64,000 bases of DNA from Leptolyngbyaceae cyanobacterium (GCA_965263355.1 CBDHHL010000032.1:128001-192000), one strand, 5' to 3'; positions 18,442 through 29,431 are shown, numbered from the stretch's first letter. The notes: a model not told the origin generated them from the sequence alone. Numbers and translations: made by a program.

Positions 18442-20370
18442 TTAGGCCATTGTGGCAACGGCCAGCTGAGGTTGTACGCTAGGGACATGTTCTGGAATCA
18501 GGATGGTAAATGTGGAGCCTTTGCCTACCTCGCTTTGAGCTGAAACTGTACCCCCTAGCATGTGTATAAATTCGCGGGTAATTGTTAAGCCTAATCCGGT
18601 ACCTCCATAACGTCGAGTAGAGGTATTATCTGCTTGAGTAAATGCCTCAAAAATTTTGGCTAGTTGATCTTGCTCCATACCAGTGCCTGTATCGGTAACG
18701 GTAAACTCAAGATAGTTTTCAGATTGATGCTTGATAGTTTTGATCCTTAGGATGATCTGACCTTCTTCAGTAAATTTATTAGCATTGCTTAATAGATTGA
18801 GTAGACACTGACGCACCTTGCCTGGGTCGCTGATGATAACATCAACAGAACTTGTATTCTCCAATACAACATGATTAAGTTTCACCTCAGCGACCGGATG
18901 AATGGTGTCCATCACGTCTTGGGCTAAATCTTTAATACTCAGAGGTTCTAAATGAAGTTCCATACGACCAGCTTCGATTTTGGATAGATCGAGAATGCTG
19001 TTGATTAAATTTAATAGGTTCTTACTAGATCCCTGAATTTTCTGCAAATCAGGAACCATACCCTCGTTACCCCCCATTTCAGCTTCTTCTTGGAGGATTT
19101 CGCTATAGCCAATGATGCTATTAAGCGGTGTTCGCAGTTCATGGCTCATATTAGCCAAAAAGGAGCTTTTTGTGCGTGTAGCAGACTCAGCCGCTTCCTT
19201 AGCGTCTTCTAATTCAGCCGTACGTTCTTTCACGCGAGATTCTAGCTCCTGATTATTTGTTTCTAGAGCTGCAAATGACTCTTGCAATTGCTGAGCCATC
19301 CGGTTAAACGTTTGAGCTAGAAAGCCGATTTCATCCTGACTCACCACTGGAATTGATTGTTCTAACTCGCCATTTTCGAGCCGTATAGCGGCTTCTGTAA
19401 TAGCTGCAATTGGCTTAGTAATACGGCGCGATAGTAAGTAAATACCCGATAATAGTAAGCCTGTTGCTATGGAACCAATCAGTAAAATATTTCTAGCTAA
19501 GATACGGGCCGGAATAAATGCTTCTTTTTGATTGATTTCAGCAATTAGTGCCAGACTTTGACCATCCAACCAACGGTAGACACCAATGACAGGTTCATCT
19601 AAGTAATTTTTGTAAAGACCAGCACCATGCTCTCCAGCGGTTGCTGCATCAATGGCAAAACTATTCAAATCGGTCTGGGACTCGTTATCTTGATCAGAGG
19701 CAATGAAGGTGTTCCTACGTTCTAATTGACCTACCAGATATGTTGTTCCCGTATCGCCCAGGCCTGTCCGTTCCCGAATCAGTGAATCCACATCTTGTAA
19801 ATCTAGAGTTACTGAAAGAACGCCTACACGGGTATTATTGCCATCTAAAATAGGGGTAGCGAATGTGATAACAGTTGTCCCAGTAACAGGAGACATATAT
19901 AAGGTGGGAACAACTTTCTCTTCAGCGTTCGTAAAGTAAGTTGTGGTAGCTCCTAACGGTTGATAGGTCTTCTCTAGGGCCTTATTGGTTGAAAATAGGA
20001 CAATACCGCCTTCTGTGAGAATTGAAACTTCAGCCAGGTTTTCTTTGGCGGAAATAATATCTTGTAAATATAGGGATAATTTGTCATAGGCATCTTGCTT
20101 TGATTTATTGTCAGCTAGTGCTTTCGTTTGTGTTTTAACTTCTGGTAAGCGAGCTAACAATAGAATGTCACTTCGCTGAGTTTTGAACCATTGCGTAATT
20201 TCCTCCTCTTTGAGGGTGGCGGCTACACTCAATCGATCAAACAAGGATTGTTTAATAATCTCTCGTGCTGAAAAATATGTACTAACTGAAATAGTGAGTA
20301 CGGTTGCTGCAGACAATAAAGATAATGGTCCAATTAGCCTCAGCAACAGGCTTTGTTTTCTTTTTTCCAT
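18442..20370 (-). CDS. Sensor histidine kinase (TM-Cache-TM-HAMP-HisKA-HATPase)
   Basis: H-box FLANMSHELRTPLN, N-box NLLSNANKFT, G-boxes DTGTGM and GGTGLGL; no receiver domain. Confidence 0.92.
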   Translation of the reverse strand: MEKRKQSLLLRLIGPLSLLSAATVLTISVSTYFSAREIIKQSLFDRLSVAATLKEEEITQWFKTQRSDILLLARLPEVKTQTKALADNKSKQDAYDKLSLYLQDIISAKENLAEVSILTEGGIVLFSTNKALEKTYQPLGATTTYFTNAEEKVVPTLYMSPVTGTTVITFATPILDGNNTRVGVLSVTLDLQDVDSLIRERTGLGDTGTTYLVGQLERRNTFIASDQDNESQTDLNSFAIDAATAGEHGAGLYKNYLDEPVIGVYRWLDGQSLALIAEINQKEAFIPARILARNILLIGSIATGLLLSGIYLLSRRITKPIAAITEAAIRLENGELEQSIPVVSQDEIGFLAQTFNRMAQQLQESFAALETNNQELESRVKERTAELEDAKEAAESATRTKSSFLANMSHELRTPLNSIIGYSEILQEEAEMGGNEGMVPDLQKIQGSSKNLLNLINSILDLSKIEAGRMELHLEPLSIKDLAQDVMDTIHPVAEVKLNHVVLENTSSVDVIISDPGKVRQCLLNLLSNANKFTEEGQIILRIKTIKHQSENYLEFTVTDTGTGMEQDQLAKIFEAFTQADNTSTRRYGGTGLGLTITREFIHMLGGTVSAQSEVGKGSTFTILIPEHVPSVQPQLAVATMA

Positions 20371-20447
20371 GTTGTTGATTTAGGTTGGTAGAGGTTTGCC
20401 TGATGGAGGTAGCACCCCATCAGTAGGGATTAGTTCAAAGACAAGGA

Positions 20448-21824
20448 CTACTGCCAGTCATTAAATATCTGTTGAATGGTCTGAATGGCTTCGTCTGCCG
20501 CTGCTTCACTATCCAGTTCACCTAGGGCTATTTTGTTCATAATTTGGCCCCAAATATTTTGGGCGGCCACTTCACCATAAGCTGGATTAATAACTTGATA
20601 TGCGGGGCGCGTATTTTGAAGTTGCTCCACAGCTACAGAAATGTGAGTGTCTCGCTGATCTTTCCAGAATGGGTCCTCAAAAAGTTCAGGCATGACGGGT
20701 AAATATCTACCTTGGGCACCTTTGGTGTAAGCCGATAGATTTTGTGGCTGAGCGAGAAACGCAAGAAACTCCTTCGCGGTTTCTTGCTGGGTTGACTGGG
20801 CTAAAATGACAGCTTGTTTAAGCTCAATCACGTAGCGCATTGGGCTACCGTCAGGCTTGCTAGGCCATTCGACTGTGGCAAGCTTCTTGTAGTAAGTATC
20901 ATTATCACTACGCTGAGAGCCTGGAGCAGAAAGGGTATGGTTAACGGTCATCAAGCTTTTCCGGCTCAGTAACGAGACATTATTACCTGTATTGTCCCAA
21001 TCAACGGCATCAGGAGGAACAGCGCCATTCTTAAAGAAACGTGCGTAGTCTTCGATGGCATTGACAAATGCTTCTCGATTACTGGCTGTGATGGCAAAGT
21101 TGCCGGATTCATCAAGGACTTCAATATTATGAGCTTCTAGAAACTGTTCAAAGTTGTTGTATGTATCTAGGCTAAGTGACATGGGCATGCCGACACTGTA
21201 AATATCACTACCTTGATTGGCTTGGAGCGTGCTATGAACGTTCTGCCAAAAATCCCAAAAAGCTTGCCAGTCTTTAGGAATGGTCACACGGCGTTCACCT
21301 ACGGCATTGATTAATAAATCTTCCCAGTAGTGAATATGAATAGCGGATTGCATGAGTGGTACAGCGTAATAGCTACGATTGCCGGTCACTTTATTTTGAT
21401 AGTTAACGCCATCTAATACATTTTGTGTATAGTACTTTTTGATGGGTAGAATCACATCTGAGACATCTACAAGCCCTCCATTCCAAGCTAATCGGGGAAT
21501 AGTGGTGAGGTCGGCTGAACCAGAATAGAAGATGTCGGGGATATCGTCAGTACCTTGGGTTAAGGCTCGATCAAGTGCAGTTAAAATATCTTTTTGTGGA
21601 ATTACACTGAGATCAACGTCTACCTGACTTTGAGCCTTCCAGGCTTCAATAATACGTTTTAGGGTGTCAATCTCCTCGGGATAGAATCCTTCTTGCCACC
21701 ATATATTCAGGACATCTTTAGAGGGCGTAGTAGTTGTGTTTGAGGTCGAGGGTGTTCTTGTGCAGCTAGCGACTAAACCACCGAAACTATAGAGTAAGAA
21801 TTGTGTAAATTGACGCCGGTTCAT
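20448..21824 (-). CDS. Carbohydrate-type solute-binding lipoprotein with Tat signal
   Basis: MNRRQF twin-arginine signal, lipobox LVAS-C, SBP family-1-like motifs (IPDIFY, YYAVP, KEFLAFL). Confidence 0.85.
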   Translation of the reverse strand: MNRRQFTQFLLYSFGGLVASCTRTPSTSNTTTTPSKDVLNIWWQEGFYPEEIDTLKRIIEAWKAQSQVDVDLSVIPQKDILTALDRALTQGTDDIPDIFYSGSADLTTIPRLAWNGGLVDVSDVILPIKKYYTQNVLDGVNYQNKVTGNRSYYAVPLMQSAIHIHYWEDLLINAVGERRVTIPKDWQAFWDFWQNVHSTLQANQGSDIYSVGMPMSLSLDTYNNFEQFLEAHNIEVLDESGNFAITASNREAFVNAIEDYARFFKNGAVPPDAVDWDNTGNNVSLLSRKSLMTVNHTLSAPGSQRSDNDTYYKKLATVEWPSKPDGSPMRYVIELKQAVILAQSTQQETAKEFLAFLAQPQNLSAYTKGAQGRYLPVMPELFEDPFWKDQRDTHISVAVEQLQNTRPAYQVINPAYGEVAAQNIWGQIMNKIALGELDSEAAADEAIQTIQQIFNDWQ

Positions 21825-22450
21825 AAGTGTAATATCTCCGATAAAAGTAGCTCTGATCTAAAATCAGAGGCTTGCTATTAAGTACTAGAAACTTGGTAAT
21901 CAGAAATTAAAGGAAGCAAATTTAAAGCTTCGAAGGGGTTAGCTTTAGAATTGCCTAAAAATATCTAAATTTGCAAAAAAATATTTTATATGCAGAATGT
22001 ACCTTCCTCAATTATCTTAACAGTATGCACCCAGAAACCTTTAAATATAGGGTTTTAAGAGTTTGAACCAATTTCGTATGATTTTTGGTTTTGATTCATC
22101 AATATAATGTAAATTATATATTAATAGAGTTTATTGATTGATAGAAATTACATAGGAATAGTATAAATAAGAATAAATTTAGCAGCGTATTCACGAGCAG
22201 TTAAAGCGAAAAAATAACATTCAATTGTTTATATCTTAATAGTCAGATTGGTTTCTGTTTATCTATATAGTTAAGATAAAAATTTTGAAACCATATTTTG
22301 GTCATGCTTAATACAGTGAATTATGTGAATATACGGATTTACCTAACTGTTCAAGTATATTAATGAAACTCAGGAAAGTTGAGTAAAGAAAGTGTGTAAA
22401 GCCCCAATCAGGCTATAAAAGTTAGGTGAAGTAATGAGGCCGTATTATTA

Positions 22451-22484
22451 ATAAAGGATGGGTGCGATCTCACCCATCCTTTAT
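22451..22484. terminator. Perfect 14-bp hairpin downstream of the upstream kinase
   Basis: ATAAAGGATGGGTG-CGATCT-CACCCATCCTTTAT. Confidence 0.65.
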
Positions 22485-22645
22485 ATTGTTCTTGTATAGG
22501 AGATGATTCTTAATTAAGAGCTATTTTATTAAACTTCAGCAGTCACGAGTTGGCTTATATTTTAAGGCGAGAAACCTTATAGGAAAACGGTTCAAGCACA
22601 TAAGAGTTTCAGCCGTTCATAGGACCAAATTTTTCCCGCTTTAAG

Positions 22646-24631
22646 TTATACGCCCACGAGTTGAGGGTTAACGTTAGGAATAACCTGTGGAATTCGGATT
22701 ATAAATATTGCACCTCTGTCTGGGTTATTGTGGGCCGTGATCACCCCCCCAAGCATATGTATAAATTTACGGGTGATAGTTAGACCTAAGCCGGTGCCAT
22801 CGTAACTGCGAGTTGAGGAATCATCTGCCTGAGTAAATGCCTCAAACACATGTTCTAGTTGATCTGGCGCTATGCCAACGCCTGTATCCTCAACCATAAA
22901 TTCCAGATAGCTTTCATCTTGATAGTGAAGACTTTTGATTGTCAGGGTAATCTGACCTTCTTCTGTAAACTTATTGGCATTATTAAGTAGATGTAGAAGG
23001 CACTGTCGCAATTTACTAGAATCAGTCTCAATCAAATCTACAGTACTGGAATTATTGAGAACAATCTGGTTTGACTTCTCTTCGGTAGCAGGCCGAATCG
23101 ATGTCAGTATGTCTTCTATAAGCGCTAGGACATTGACTGATTCTAGCTGCAGCTCCATGCGGCCTGCCTCAATTTTGGACAGCTCCAGCACGCTGTTAAT
23201 TAAATTTAATAGATGTTTGCTAGAGCCTTGGATCTTATGTAAGTCGGAAATTAAACTCTTTTCGCCCAACATTTCCATATCTTCTTCTAGCATCTCGCTG
23301 TAGCCAATAATGCTATTGAGGGGGGTACGGAGTTCGTGGCTCATGTTTGCCAAAAAGGCACTTTTAGTTCGAGTGGCTGACTCAGCTGCTTCCTTGGCCG
23401 CTTCTAACTCCACTGTCCGTTCCTGTACTCGAACTTCGAGTTCTTGGTTGGTATTTTCTAAGATGTCAAAAGATTGCTTTAACTGTTGGGACATGTGGTT
23501 AAATGCCTGAGCCAGCACACCAATTTCATCCTGACTGTTGACTGATAAGGATTGATCTAGTTGACCGCTTTGTAGTTGGATTGCGGCCTTTGTAATTTGT
23601 GTAATGGGTTGCGTAATACGGCGAGACAGGAGATAAATACCTGATAACAATAAACCCGTCGCAAAAAAACCAATCAATAAAATATTTCTAGCTAGAACAC
23701 GAGCCGGAGCAAAGGCTTCTCGCTGATTAATTTCAGCTAATAGAGCCAGGTTTTGGTCTTCTAGCCAACGATAAACACCAATTACTGATTTGCCAGCATA
23801 GTTTTGATAAAGCCCTGCGCCATCCTCTCCTAAGATAGCTGCATCAATGGCAAAGCTGCTAATATTAGCTGTTGAGTCTTCATCTTTATCAGAGGCAATA
23901 AATATATTTTGTTCTTCTATTTGGCCAACAAGATAAGTGGTTCCTGTCTCTCCTAACCCGGTACGTTCCTGGATGAGAGAGTCGATATCTTGTAAATCTA
24001 GTGTTACCAAAAGCACACCGATGCGATTTTTAGTACCATCTAAAATGGGTGTGACCAAGGTGACAGCCGTTGTGCCGGTGGTGGGGGAAATATATGGAAT
24101 GGGGGTAATCTTATCTGAACCGTCGGCGAAGTAGGTTGTGTTAAGTTCTAGAGACTGAGAGGTGTTTTCTAATTTCTTGTTAGTAGAAAATAGGACAAGC
24201 CCCTTGTCAGTCGCGATAGAAACCTCGGCCAAATCAGGTTTAAGTGTAGTGATATTCAGTATATAAGAGGCAAGTTTTTGGCGAGCAGTTTTTTGGTCGT
24301 CTGTCTTCTTGTTGGGTGCGGTTGTATCTACTGACTCAGTTGTGTTTTTGCTGTCTTGGGATGCTGAAGCAGACAGTAACACCTGAGTTTGAGCTTGAAT
24401 CTCTGGTAGTCGGGCCAGGAGCAGAATATCGTTACGGTGGAATTGGAACCACTGGTTGAGTTCTTCTTCCTTAAGTGTAGCTGCGACACTTAAGCGGTCG
24501 TACAACGATTCCTTGAGGGTTTCTCGGGCTGAAAAGTAAGTGCTGACAGAGATTGTCAATACCGTCGCAACAGACAGCAATGATAGGGGAGTAATGAGCC
24601 GAAGCAGTAGACTTTTAGATTTGATTTTCAC
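22646..24631 (-). CDS. Sensor histidine kinase, paralogue of 18442-20370
   Basis: Same architecture and long shared tracts (DRLSVAATLKEEE, ERTGLGxTGTTYLVGQ, FLANMSHELRTPLNSIIGYSE). Confidence 0.92.
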   Translation of the reverse strand: MKIKSKSLLLRLITPLSLLSVATVLTISVSTYFSARETLKESLYDRLSVAATLKEEELNQWFQFHRNDILLLARLPEIQAQTQVLLSASASQDSKNTTESVDTTAPNKKTDDQKTARQKLASYILNITTLKPDLAEVSIATDKGLVLFSTNKKLENTSQSLELNTTYFADGSDKITPIPYISPTTGTTAVTLVTPILDGTKNRIGVLLVTLDLQDIDSLIQERTGLGETGTTYLVGQIEEQNIFIASDKDEDSTANISSFAIDAAILGEDGAGLYQNYAGKSVIGVYRWLEDQNLALLAEINQREAFAPARVLARNILLIGFFATGLLLSGIYLLSRRITQPITQITKAAIQLQSGQLDQSLSVNSQDEIGVLAQAFNHMSQQLKQSFDILENTNQELEVRVQERTVELEAAKEAAESATRTKSAFLANMSHELRTPLNSIIGYSEMLEEDMEMLGEKSLISDLHKIQGSSKHLLNLINSVLELSKIEAGRMELQLESVNVLALIEDILTSIRPATEEKSNQIVLNNSSTVDLIETDSSKLRQCLLHLLNNANKFTEEGQITLTIKSLHYQDESYLEFMVEDTGVGIAPDQLEHVFEAFTQADDSSTRSYDGTGLGLTITRKFIHMLGGVITAHNNPDRGAIFIIRIPQVIPNVNPQLVGV

Positions 24632-24882
24632 GCTTAGCTTCCCTTATGGACTGGATGAGTATCTGACGTTAGGAACTAGTCGTATCCAAATATGCATCCG
24701 TCAATTTCTACATACCTTTCCAGACGTTCCCAGTGGTCGTCAGGAGCCCCAATTGAGAAACCAGGTAAAAAAATAAACCTTGACGCCCATCGCTCACACC
24801 ATGGGTAATCCTTCAAAACCTGAGTTAGCAAACCCTATGGGCGAAGCCGTATCCCTAGCGTTAAGTCATCAATCCTAAACCT

Positions 24883-27660
24883 CTACTGTTCAGGCTTATT
24901 TAATTGCTCAAGTAGTTGGCCAAGGCGTGTTTGAGCGGCTCCATAGGCTTGCCAGTCACCTTTCTGTAATGCCTGTTGACTCTGGGTATAGACTTTCAGG
25001 GCGGTTTCTATCAGAGCCTGTTGATCGGTTGAGGGGGACACTTCGGTGGGGGTAGCGGTGTCAGTTTTAGGGGGAGATGCTATGGAAGGGCGCTGACCAA
25101 ATAGCTTAGTGAGGCTATCCTCTAATGTTTTTTCCATGACGATTGAGTCTTTATAGGCTACAATCACCCGCTTCAGTTCTGGAATCGCATTGCTATTATC
25201 ATTTTGCCCCCGTGCTTGTAGATAGACAGGTTCTACATAGAGCAGTGATTCCTCGATGGGAATGACCAGTAAATCACCCCGAAAGACTTCTGACCCTTCT
25301 TGGTTCCATAGGGTTAGCTGTTGGGAAATTTCGGTATCTTGATCGATGCGTGAGTCGATTTGGCGAGGACCATATAATAGTGCCTGTCTAGAAAACTCGT
25401 AGACCAGGAGTTTGCCATAGTTGGCTCCATCACAGCGAGCCGTCATCCAGGCCACCATGTTATTTTTGCCGACGGGGGTAAAGGGTACGATCAGCATAAA
25501 TTCCTCAGCCTTAGCCTCGGGTAGCTTCATGATGACATAGTAAGGTTCTAAGGTTTCGGGGTTTTCTTCCCGTGTGATCTGAGTGGGAAAATCCCAGAGG
25601 TCTTCCTGGTTGTAAAACACATCTGGGCGTTCCATATGGTATGCGCGATAAATTTGAGCCTGGATCTTAAATAACATCTGAGGATAGCGGAAGTGTGCTT
25701 GCAGTTTAGGCGATGCATTGTCCAGGGGCTCAAAGAGGGTGGGAAAGCTTTGCTGAAATGAGGAAAGAATGGGGTCAGTTGGGTCTACGATGTAGAGCTT
25801 GAGAGTGCCGTCATAGGCATCGACGACGGCCTTGACTGGATTGCGGATATAGTTAGTGCCATCTCTGACAATGCGTTGCATGGCCTGACCTTGAATCACT
25901 GCTTGAATGTCTTCGCTGCGCCAGAGCGGTTCAGAGTAGGGATAGCGATTACTTAGGGTATAGGCATCAACGATCCATTGCAGTCGTCCATTGATTACCG
26001 CTAGGTATGGATCGCTATCGAGGGAGAGAAAGGGAACAAGCTGACGGATTCGTTCTTGAATCAAGCGATGGTAGTGAATCCGTGAATTTTCTCCTAAGGA
26101 GTTGGAGAGGAGTAGTTGCCAGTCTCCTAGACTGTAGGCATAGGCCAGTCGCCGAAAAAAAGAGCCGATGGGTACACCCCCAGGACCAGTGTAGTTGTAT
26201 TGGGCGTTGTCATTCCCTAAAGGATAGTCAAATTCTGCTTGATCAGTACCGGTGAGAATATAGCGATCGGTGGCTTCACCGTAATAGATGCGAGGTTGTT
26301 CGACGGTTAAGTCAACTGAACTTTGAGGGGGGAGGTCTTTGATAAATAATTCGGGGAGACCATCTTCGGTAACTTTATTGACTGGACTCATGGCTAATCC
26401 ATAGCCATGGGTATAGATCAGGTGTTGATTGACCCAGGTTTGTGCTTGATCAGGTAGGGCGTCATCGACTAGTTCCCTAGGAGATAGCATGACCTGGCGA
26501 TAGTCATTGTCTAGGGTATAACGATCGATATCGACATCTTGGAAGCGATAATAGGGACGTAGGGTTTGCAGACTACCATAGGTGCTGCGTAGGGGACGAT
26601 AGTCCCACAGTCGAATGTTGTCGATGGTGGCGTTGTTGCGGGCTAGTTTTTCTGCATCCAGCTGATTTTTAACGTCAAAAGATTGTTGTTGGACGTCTGT
26701 GAGGTCGTAGGCTAAACGGGTAAGTTCAATGTTGTCATCAATATATGGAGCTTCTTTTTGCAGTTCGTTAGGTTCGACGATAAATTTCTGTTGGGCCCAA
26801 GGGTATAGGCCTGTGATCAGAATAAAGACGGCGGCATACAGGCTAATGGCTGTAAGCGGCAGGAGAAAACCACTGCGCCATAGGGAGGCAAGGAACAAAA
26901 TGCCGATGGCAATGGTAATAAATCCCATAATGCCGTAGGCCTGCATACGGGCATGGACATCGGTATAGCCAGCCCCGTATACCACACCTGTGGGTGAATA
27001 GAGCAGCTCATAGCGAGCCAGCCAAAAACCCAGGGCAACGATGGCGGCGAGTCCGGCTAATAGAACGCAGAAGTGGGTTTTGACGTCCCCGGTGAGAAAA
27101 TATTTCCAGCCTCGTTCTGGCCTGATTTCGCCTTTGATGCCATAGATACAGGCGATCAGGACAAGACTCCAGATCAGTAGCTCGGTGATCGCTCGGTGTA
27201 AGCTTTCAAAGAGGGGGAGTTGAAAAATGTAAAAGCTAATTTCTCGGTTGTACAGGGGATCCTGGGTACCAAACTCCACTGGATGGAGAAATTTGAGCAC
27301 GTCTTGCCAGGCTTCAGCGCCATTGATGGCTGCGGTTAATGCGAGTAAGGTGATCAGACCCAGGCTGATATAGCGAATTAATCCTGGTAAGTAGGGGTCC
27401 CACTGGGCGTTTTGGGCAATGTGTAAAGGTCGATCACGAGTAATGCGTTGGGCAATGGCAATGTTAATAAATAAGATCAGCCACCAGCTGGCAAAGGCTA
27501 GGATGGCGATCGCAACCTGCCAGCGCCATCGAGTCCACAGCACCTCTGCAAAGCCTACCGATGTAAACCACCATACCTCTGTTATTAAGTGGACTAGGGA
27601 TCCGGAGAATGCGATCGCAAAAAAGCCTCCGAGAATTAACCACAACCACCTTACGCTCAT
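24883..27660 (-). CDS. UPF0182 family membrane protein
   Basis: YGAGYTDVHA, NIRLWD, YTHGYG, PRIYYGE and LYVEPVY motifs. Confidence 0.92.
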   Translation of the reverse strand: MSVRWLWLILGGFFAIAFSGSLVHLITEVWWFTSVGFAEVLWTRWRWQVAIAILAFASWWLILFINIAIAQRITRDRPLHIAQNAQWDPYLPGLIRYISLGLITLLALTAAINGAEAWQDVLKFLHPVEFGTQDPLYNREISFYIFQLPLFESLHRAITELLIWSLVLIACIYGIKGEIRPERGWKYFLTGDVKTHFCVLLAGLAAIVALGFWLARYELLYSPTGVVYGAGYTDVHARMQAYGIMGFITIAIGILFLASLWRSGFLLPLTAISLYAAVFILITGLYPWAQQKFIVEPNELQKEAPYIDDNIELTRLAYDLTDVQQQSFDVKNQLDAEKLARNNATIDNIRLWDYRPLRSTYGSLQTLRPYYRFQDVDIDRYTLDNDYRQVMLSPRELVDDALPDQAQTWVNQHLIYTHGYGLAMSPVNKVTEDGLPELFIKDLPPQSSVDLTVEQPRIYYGEATDRYILTGTDQAEFDYPLGNDNAQYNYTGPGGVPIGSFFRRLAYAYSLGDWQLLLSNSLGENSRIHYHRLIQERIRQLVPFLSLDSDPYLAVINGRLQWIVDAYTLSNRYPYSEPLWRSEDIQAVIQGQAMQRIVRDGTNYIRNPVKAVVDAYDGTLKLYIVDPTDPILSSFQQSFPTLFEPLDNASPKLQAHFRYPQMLFKIQAQIYRAYHMERPDVFYNQEDLWDFPTQITREENPETLEPYYVIMKLPEAKAEEFMLIVPFTPVGKNNMVAWMTARCDGANYGKLLVYEFSRQALLYGPRQIDSRIDQDTEISQQLTLWNQEGSEVFRGDLLVIPIEESLLYVEPVYLQARGQNDNSNAIPELKRVIVAYKDSIVMEKTLEDSLTKLFGQRPSIASPPKTDTATPTEVSPSTDQQALIETALKVYTQSQQALQKGDWQAYGAAQTRLGQLLEQLNKPEQ

Positions 27661-27749
27661 GCTTTAGCCTGTCAGATAATGCCTACAAAGCTTAGCGCAA
27701 GCTAACCCATCCTAGAGTTTTTTTTAAGTAGTCGAAAGAAACGAATGCA

Positions 27750-28565
27750 GTGTCAATCTTACAGACTAGCAGTATGAATCCGATGCCTAGCCGCACCTTT
27801 GTCGTTGATGCGCTCCATGTGCAGGTTTATCCTGACGATGATACCCTGGCCCAGGCGGCAGCCCAGCAAGTGATCGACCAGTTAAACCAGAGGCTGCAGC
27901 AACAGTCTACGGCCAACGTCGTTTTTGCGACAGGGCGTTCGCAGCTAGGCCTATTGCGTTATCTACGCCAGGATACAACGGTGGACTGGTCACGGGTGAT
28001 TGGCTTTCATCTAGATGAGTTTTTAGGATTGAGCCGTGACCATCCGGCTAGCTTTGGCTACTATTTGCACCATCACATTGCTCACTGGTTGCCGTTTCAA
28101 TCATTTAATTATATCAATGGCGATGCCTTGGAACCGATAGCGGAGTGCGATCGCTACGCCGGTCTCCTCACCCAAAAACCGATTGACATTTGCTTACTAG
28201 GTGTTGGTAACAATGGCCACTTAGCATTTAACGATCCAGCTGTAGCTAATTTCCACGACCCCCACTGGGTTAAACTTGTCCGGCTGGATGACACTAATCG
28301 GCAACAACAGCTAGCATCTGAACACTTCTCTCAACTTAGAGATGTTCCCACCTATGCCATTACCCTAAGTCTTAGCACAATTCGTCGAGCCCGAAATAAT
28401 CTCTGTTGTGTATTTGGACACCACAAAGTTGGTATACTTAAAACCCTATTCACAAAATTACCGTCTGAAGCTTGTCCTGCCTCAGTTCTAAGACTTGATA
28501 ATGATGGTAAAAACAGTCTCTTTACTGATAATGCTACCTGTCATTCAGTGAGAGTAACAACTTAA
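27750..28565 (+). CDS. nagB: Glucosamine-6-phosphate deaminase family protein
   Basis: FATGRSQ, FHLDEF, LGVGNNGHLAFND and CPASVLR motifs; start could be ATG 27774 or 27783. Confidence 0.75.
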   Translation: MSILQTSSMNPMPSRTFVVDALHVQVYPDDDTLAQAAAQQVIDQLNQRLQQQSTANVVFATGRSQLGLLRYLRQDTTVDWSRVIGFHLDEFLGLSRDHPASFGYYLHHHIAHWLPFQSFNYINGDALEPIAECDRYAGLLTQKPIDICLLGVGNNGHLAFNDPAVANFHDPHWVKLVRLDDTNRQQQLASEHFSQLRDVPTYAITLSLSTIRRARNNLCCVFGHHKVGILKTLFTKLPSEACPASVLRLDNDGKNSLFTDNATCHSVRVTT

Positions 28566-28791
28566 GCCAGGAAATTTCGGTTAAGTCAGAAGTCGGAATT
28601 CAAAAGTCGGAATTTGGCAAGGGAGTGCATTCCATAGGGCTTTACCATTTTCGTGCGCCCTTGGCGTTCTAGCAAAATAGATTACTCCAAACTCTGTAGA
28701 GTTCTTCTCTTCTCGCAGAGTATTCCGAAGTTTACATGATTGAGGAAATCGTTCTGCTTTGCGTTGATACCCATTAGTGGATAGTAATCAA

Positions 28792-28846
28792 CATTAGACG
28801 TCAGATTGAAGGATTTTTTGAACTCCCACAGTCTGATGTCTAATGC
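28792..28846. terminator. Long hairpin between convergent genes
   Basis: CATTAGACGTCAGATTG...CAGTCTGATGTCTAATG stem including G-U pairs. Confidence 0.5.
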
Positions 28847-28864
28847 TCTAATACAAGCTATTCC

Positions 28865-29431
28865 CTAAGCAGGGCACCAAAGATTATTTCTCGGTACCCC
28901 ATTAGCCCAAACAGGTGCTTGTGTGATTTGTGTATTTGCAGGATTAGCACGACTCAGCCAGACAACAGGGTCTTCTAAGTCCAGTACTTTCTCACCTTCA
29001 TCTGTAGTAATGGTTAGTAGCTGACGGTGGACGGTCATGCCGTGAATAGGTAACCAACCAGACTGACCTTGTAGTAGCAAATCACGGCTATGATCACGAC
29101 GGATAAACAAACGCCGTAGTACACGCCAGTCTTGCCATAGGCGTTTAGCATTGTCACAATTTAGATAATAATCAGGCAACACTTCGAGAGGCATATAATC
29201 CCGAACAGGGTAATGCTTCTCGATGGTGACCTGACCCCAGCTAAATCCAAAAATAATATTCAAAGCGCTACATATACGCTGCAGTAGTCTTATCCACAGT
29301 CTTGGCTGATTATCATGGTGCGATGCCCAAACTCCATCACAGGGGATAGGGCTGTTAATCAAAAACATCCGATTGAACCAACGTTTAATGAGGTGCAATT
29401 TGGAACTCCTATGGGCTATTGACCTTGACAT
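28865..29431 (-). CDS. Hypothetical protein
   Basis: 188-aa ORF with ATG start and a structured upstream region; no motif recognised. Confidence 0.55.
   Translation of the reverse strand: MSRSIAHRSSKLHLIKRWFNRMFLINSPIPCDGVWASHHDNQPRLWIRLLQRICSALNIIFGFSWGQVTIEKHYPVRDYMPLEVLPDYYLNCDNAKRLWQDWRVLRRLFIRRDHSRDLLLQGQSGWLPIHGMTVHRQLLTITTDEGEKVLDLEDPVVWLSRANPANTQITQAPVWANGVPRNNLWCPA

Noticed and set aside
22531..22647. Possible MITE after the upstream kinase stop codon
   Set aside because: Only weak terminal complementarity (AACTT..AGC / GCT..AAGTT) and no second copy in the window.
28561..28680. Heptamer-like AAGTCGGAATT repeats after nagB
   Set aside because: Looks like a common cyanobacterial short tandem-repeat remnant; its boundaries could not be defined.
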